From an uncultured Lentisphaeria bacterium (GTDB taxonomy: Bacteria; Verrucomicrobiota; Lentisphaeria; Oligosphaerales; Oligosphaeraceae), in NCBI GenBank assembly GCA_945827525.1, contig CALZPA010000001.1, positions 1 through 53,178 of the forward strand: DNA of 53,178 nt. Direction: 5' to 3'. A program made the position numbers and the translations under genes. Each line of letters starts with the position of its first letter. The stretch's first letter is position 1. Below, piece by piece: positions 52,220 to 53,178 of this stretch. The notes below the pieces were generated by a model. It was not told the origin of the DNA, made no database searches, and saw nothing but the letters and a program-made list of their open reading frames with translations.

Positions 52220-53074
52220 ATGGACGAAGCAAAGACCTTTCCCCGCACCATGGTTGGCGGCGTCTCGCTGCCACGCATGATCTGCGGCACCAACTGGCTC
52301 CTCGGATACTCCCACACCGGAGGCGTCGCCGACAAGATGATCCGCGACTACCACCACTGCGCCGAACGCATGGCCTCCGTCATCGAGACCTACCTCGACG
52401 AGGGCTGCGACGCCCTCATGGCACCCTACTCCACACAGCCCATGCTCCAGGAGGCCGTCAGACTCGCCGAGGAACACAAAAACCACAAGGTCATCATCAT
52501 CGACACGCCCGGAATGAACGTCGACGACACACCCGAGGCCCGCCGCGAGGCCGAGGCAACCATCCGGCACTCCCGCGAAGTCGGCTCAACCTTCTGCCTC
52601 ATCCACCACGCCTCCGCCGAACAGCTCGTCAACAAGAACCTCCGGCAAATCCCACGACTCCCCGACTACCTCGCCATGATCCGAGACCAGGGACTCATCC
52701 CCGGACTCTCCGCACATATGCCCGAACTCGTCACCTACAGCGACCTCAACGGCTACGACGTCGAGACCTACATCCAAATCTTCAACTGCCTCGGCTTCCT
52801 CATGCAGGTCGAGGTCGAGTCCGTCTACAAGCTCATCCGCGCCGCCAAGAAGCCCGTCATGACCATCAAGCCCATGGCCGCCGGACGCACCACACCCTTC
52901 ATCGGACTCACCTTCAACTTCTCCGTCCTCCGCGACTGCGACATGGTCACCTGCGGCTGCCTCACCGCCGCCGAAGCCCGCGAGGACATCGAAATCGCAC
53001 GCGCCGCCATCGAACGCCGACAGCCCTTCATCGAAGGCCGCCACAGCCCCGTCAAGACCGATGTCATCAAATAG
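52220..53074 (+). CDS. Conserved-looking hypothetical protein (284 aa), function unknown
   Basis: Normal codon bias and GC3, non-repetitive composition, last gene of the GHL6-GH95 run. I recognise no motif. Confidence 0.6.
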   Translation: MDEAKTFPRTMVGGVSLPRMICGTNWLLGYSHTGGVADKMIRDYHHCAERMASVIETYLDEGCDALMAPYSTQPMLQEAVRLAEEHKNHKVIIIDTPGMNVDDTPEARREAEATIRHSREVGSTFCLIHHASAEQLVNKNLRQIPRLPDYLAMIRDQGLIPGLSAHMPELVTYSDLNGYDVETYIQIFNCLGFLMQVEVESVYKLIRAAKKPVMTIKPMAAGRTTPFIGLTFNFSVLRDCDMVTCGCLTAAEAREDIEIARAAIERRQPFIEGRHSPVKTDVIK

Positions 53075-53096
53075 CCCCTAAACAGAAACCTTATTT

Positions 53097-53127
53097 GAGT
53101 CCACAAAAGACACAAAAAGACACAAAA
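53097..53127 (+). repeat. Dispersed copy of the 32-kb repeat core (GAGTCCACAAAAGACACAAAA) plus local AGACACAAAA duplication
   Basis: 53097-53117 is the exact reverse complement of 31995-32015 (21/21). It starts 22 nt after the stop of the 52220-53074 gene, in the same sense as that gene. Confidence 0.9.
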
Positions 53128-53133
53128 AGCTCA

Positions 53134-53178
53134 AGCCAGGCAGGCTGGGCACCCCGACGGCGCCCAGCCTGCCTGGCT
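53134..53178 (+). terminator. Strong GC hairpin at the window edge (terminator candidate; any downstream U-tract is not visible)
   Basis: agccaggcaggctgggc / gcccagcctgcctggct form a perfect 17-bp stem with an 11-nt loop. The window ends at the last stem base. Confidence 0.5.

Noticed and set aside
1-53178. tRNA, rRNA, tmRNA, RNase P, riboswitch (for example TPP upstream of the ABC permease) and transposase genes
   Set aside because: I scanned the intergenic regions by eye for T-loop GGTTCGAATCC-like motifs, conserved riboswitch cores and IS-type inverted repeats and found none. A covariance-model search (tRNAscan-SE, Infernal/Rfam) would be needed to be definitive.

Overview
High-G+C bacterial chromosomal window (hand counts of ordinary genes give about 65-67% G+C). 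No rRNA, tRNA, CRISPR array, integrase or transposase was found by eye. Gene content suggests the PVC superphylum (Lentisphaerota, Kiritimatiellota or Verrucomicrobiota-like). That is an inference from three paralogous prepilin-like genes with the N-terminus [32 protein letters not shown] and a C-terminal H-X9-DG / LDGH motif. The left ~29 kb holds housekeeping and envelope genes: rpsA, a yfhM-type alpha-2-macroglobulin coupled to pbpC, a CPBP protease, a TetR-MATE-large membrane protein run, an aldo/keto reductase, a Tat-signal TIM-barrel isomerase, ispH, pyrD, an aminotransferase, ung, a GT-C/GT2/discoidin envelope cluster, mnmE, an orphan ABC double permease and a metallophosphoesterase. 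This stretch is interrupted at 20.1-21.1 kb by a lower-G+C, translationally coupled DUF3990 + 2x DUF3791 cassette. The right ~24 kb is a carbohydrate-utilisation island: two LacI-family regulators with identifiable operators, three prepilin-like H-X9-DG genes, GH2, two large secreted clan GH-A-like hydrolases, an LVIVD beta-propeller, a GH42/GHL6-like protein, GH95, a TIM-barrel isomerase and an unknown 284-aa protein. The island contains no recognisable sugar transporter. The best candidates for new biology are (1) the DUF3990/DUF3791 cassette, whose large protein carries PARP-like H-Y motifs; (2) the repeated regulator + pseudopilin-like + CAZyme modules, whose pseudopilins lack the canonical Gly at the prepilin cleavage site; and (3) an A/C-rich repeat family sitting in sense orientation just after stop codons, once as a 3x65-bp + 3x16-bp array and once as a 21-nt identical copy 21 kb away. 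Many long ORFs in the six-frame track are antisense or out-of-frame artefacts of the high G+C content and were rejected. All calls rest on reading the sequence and recognising motifs; no database search was run.
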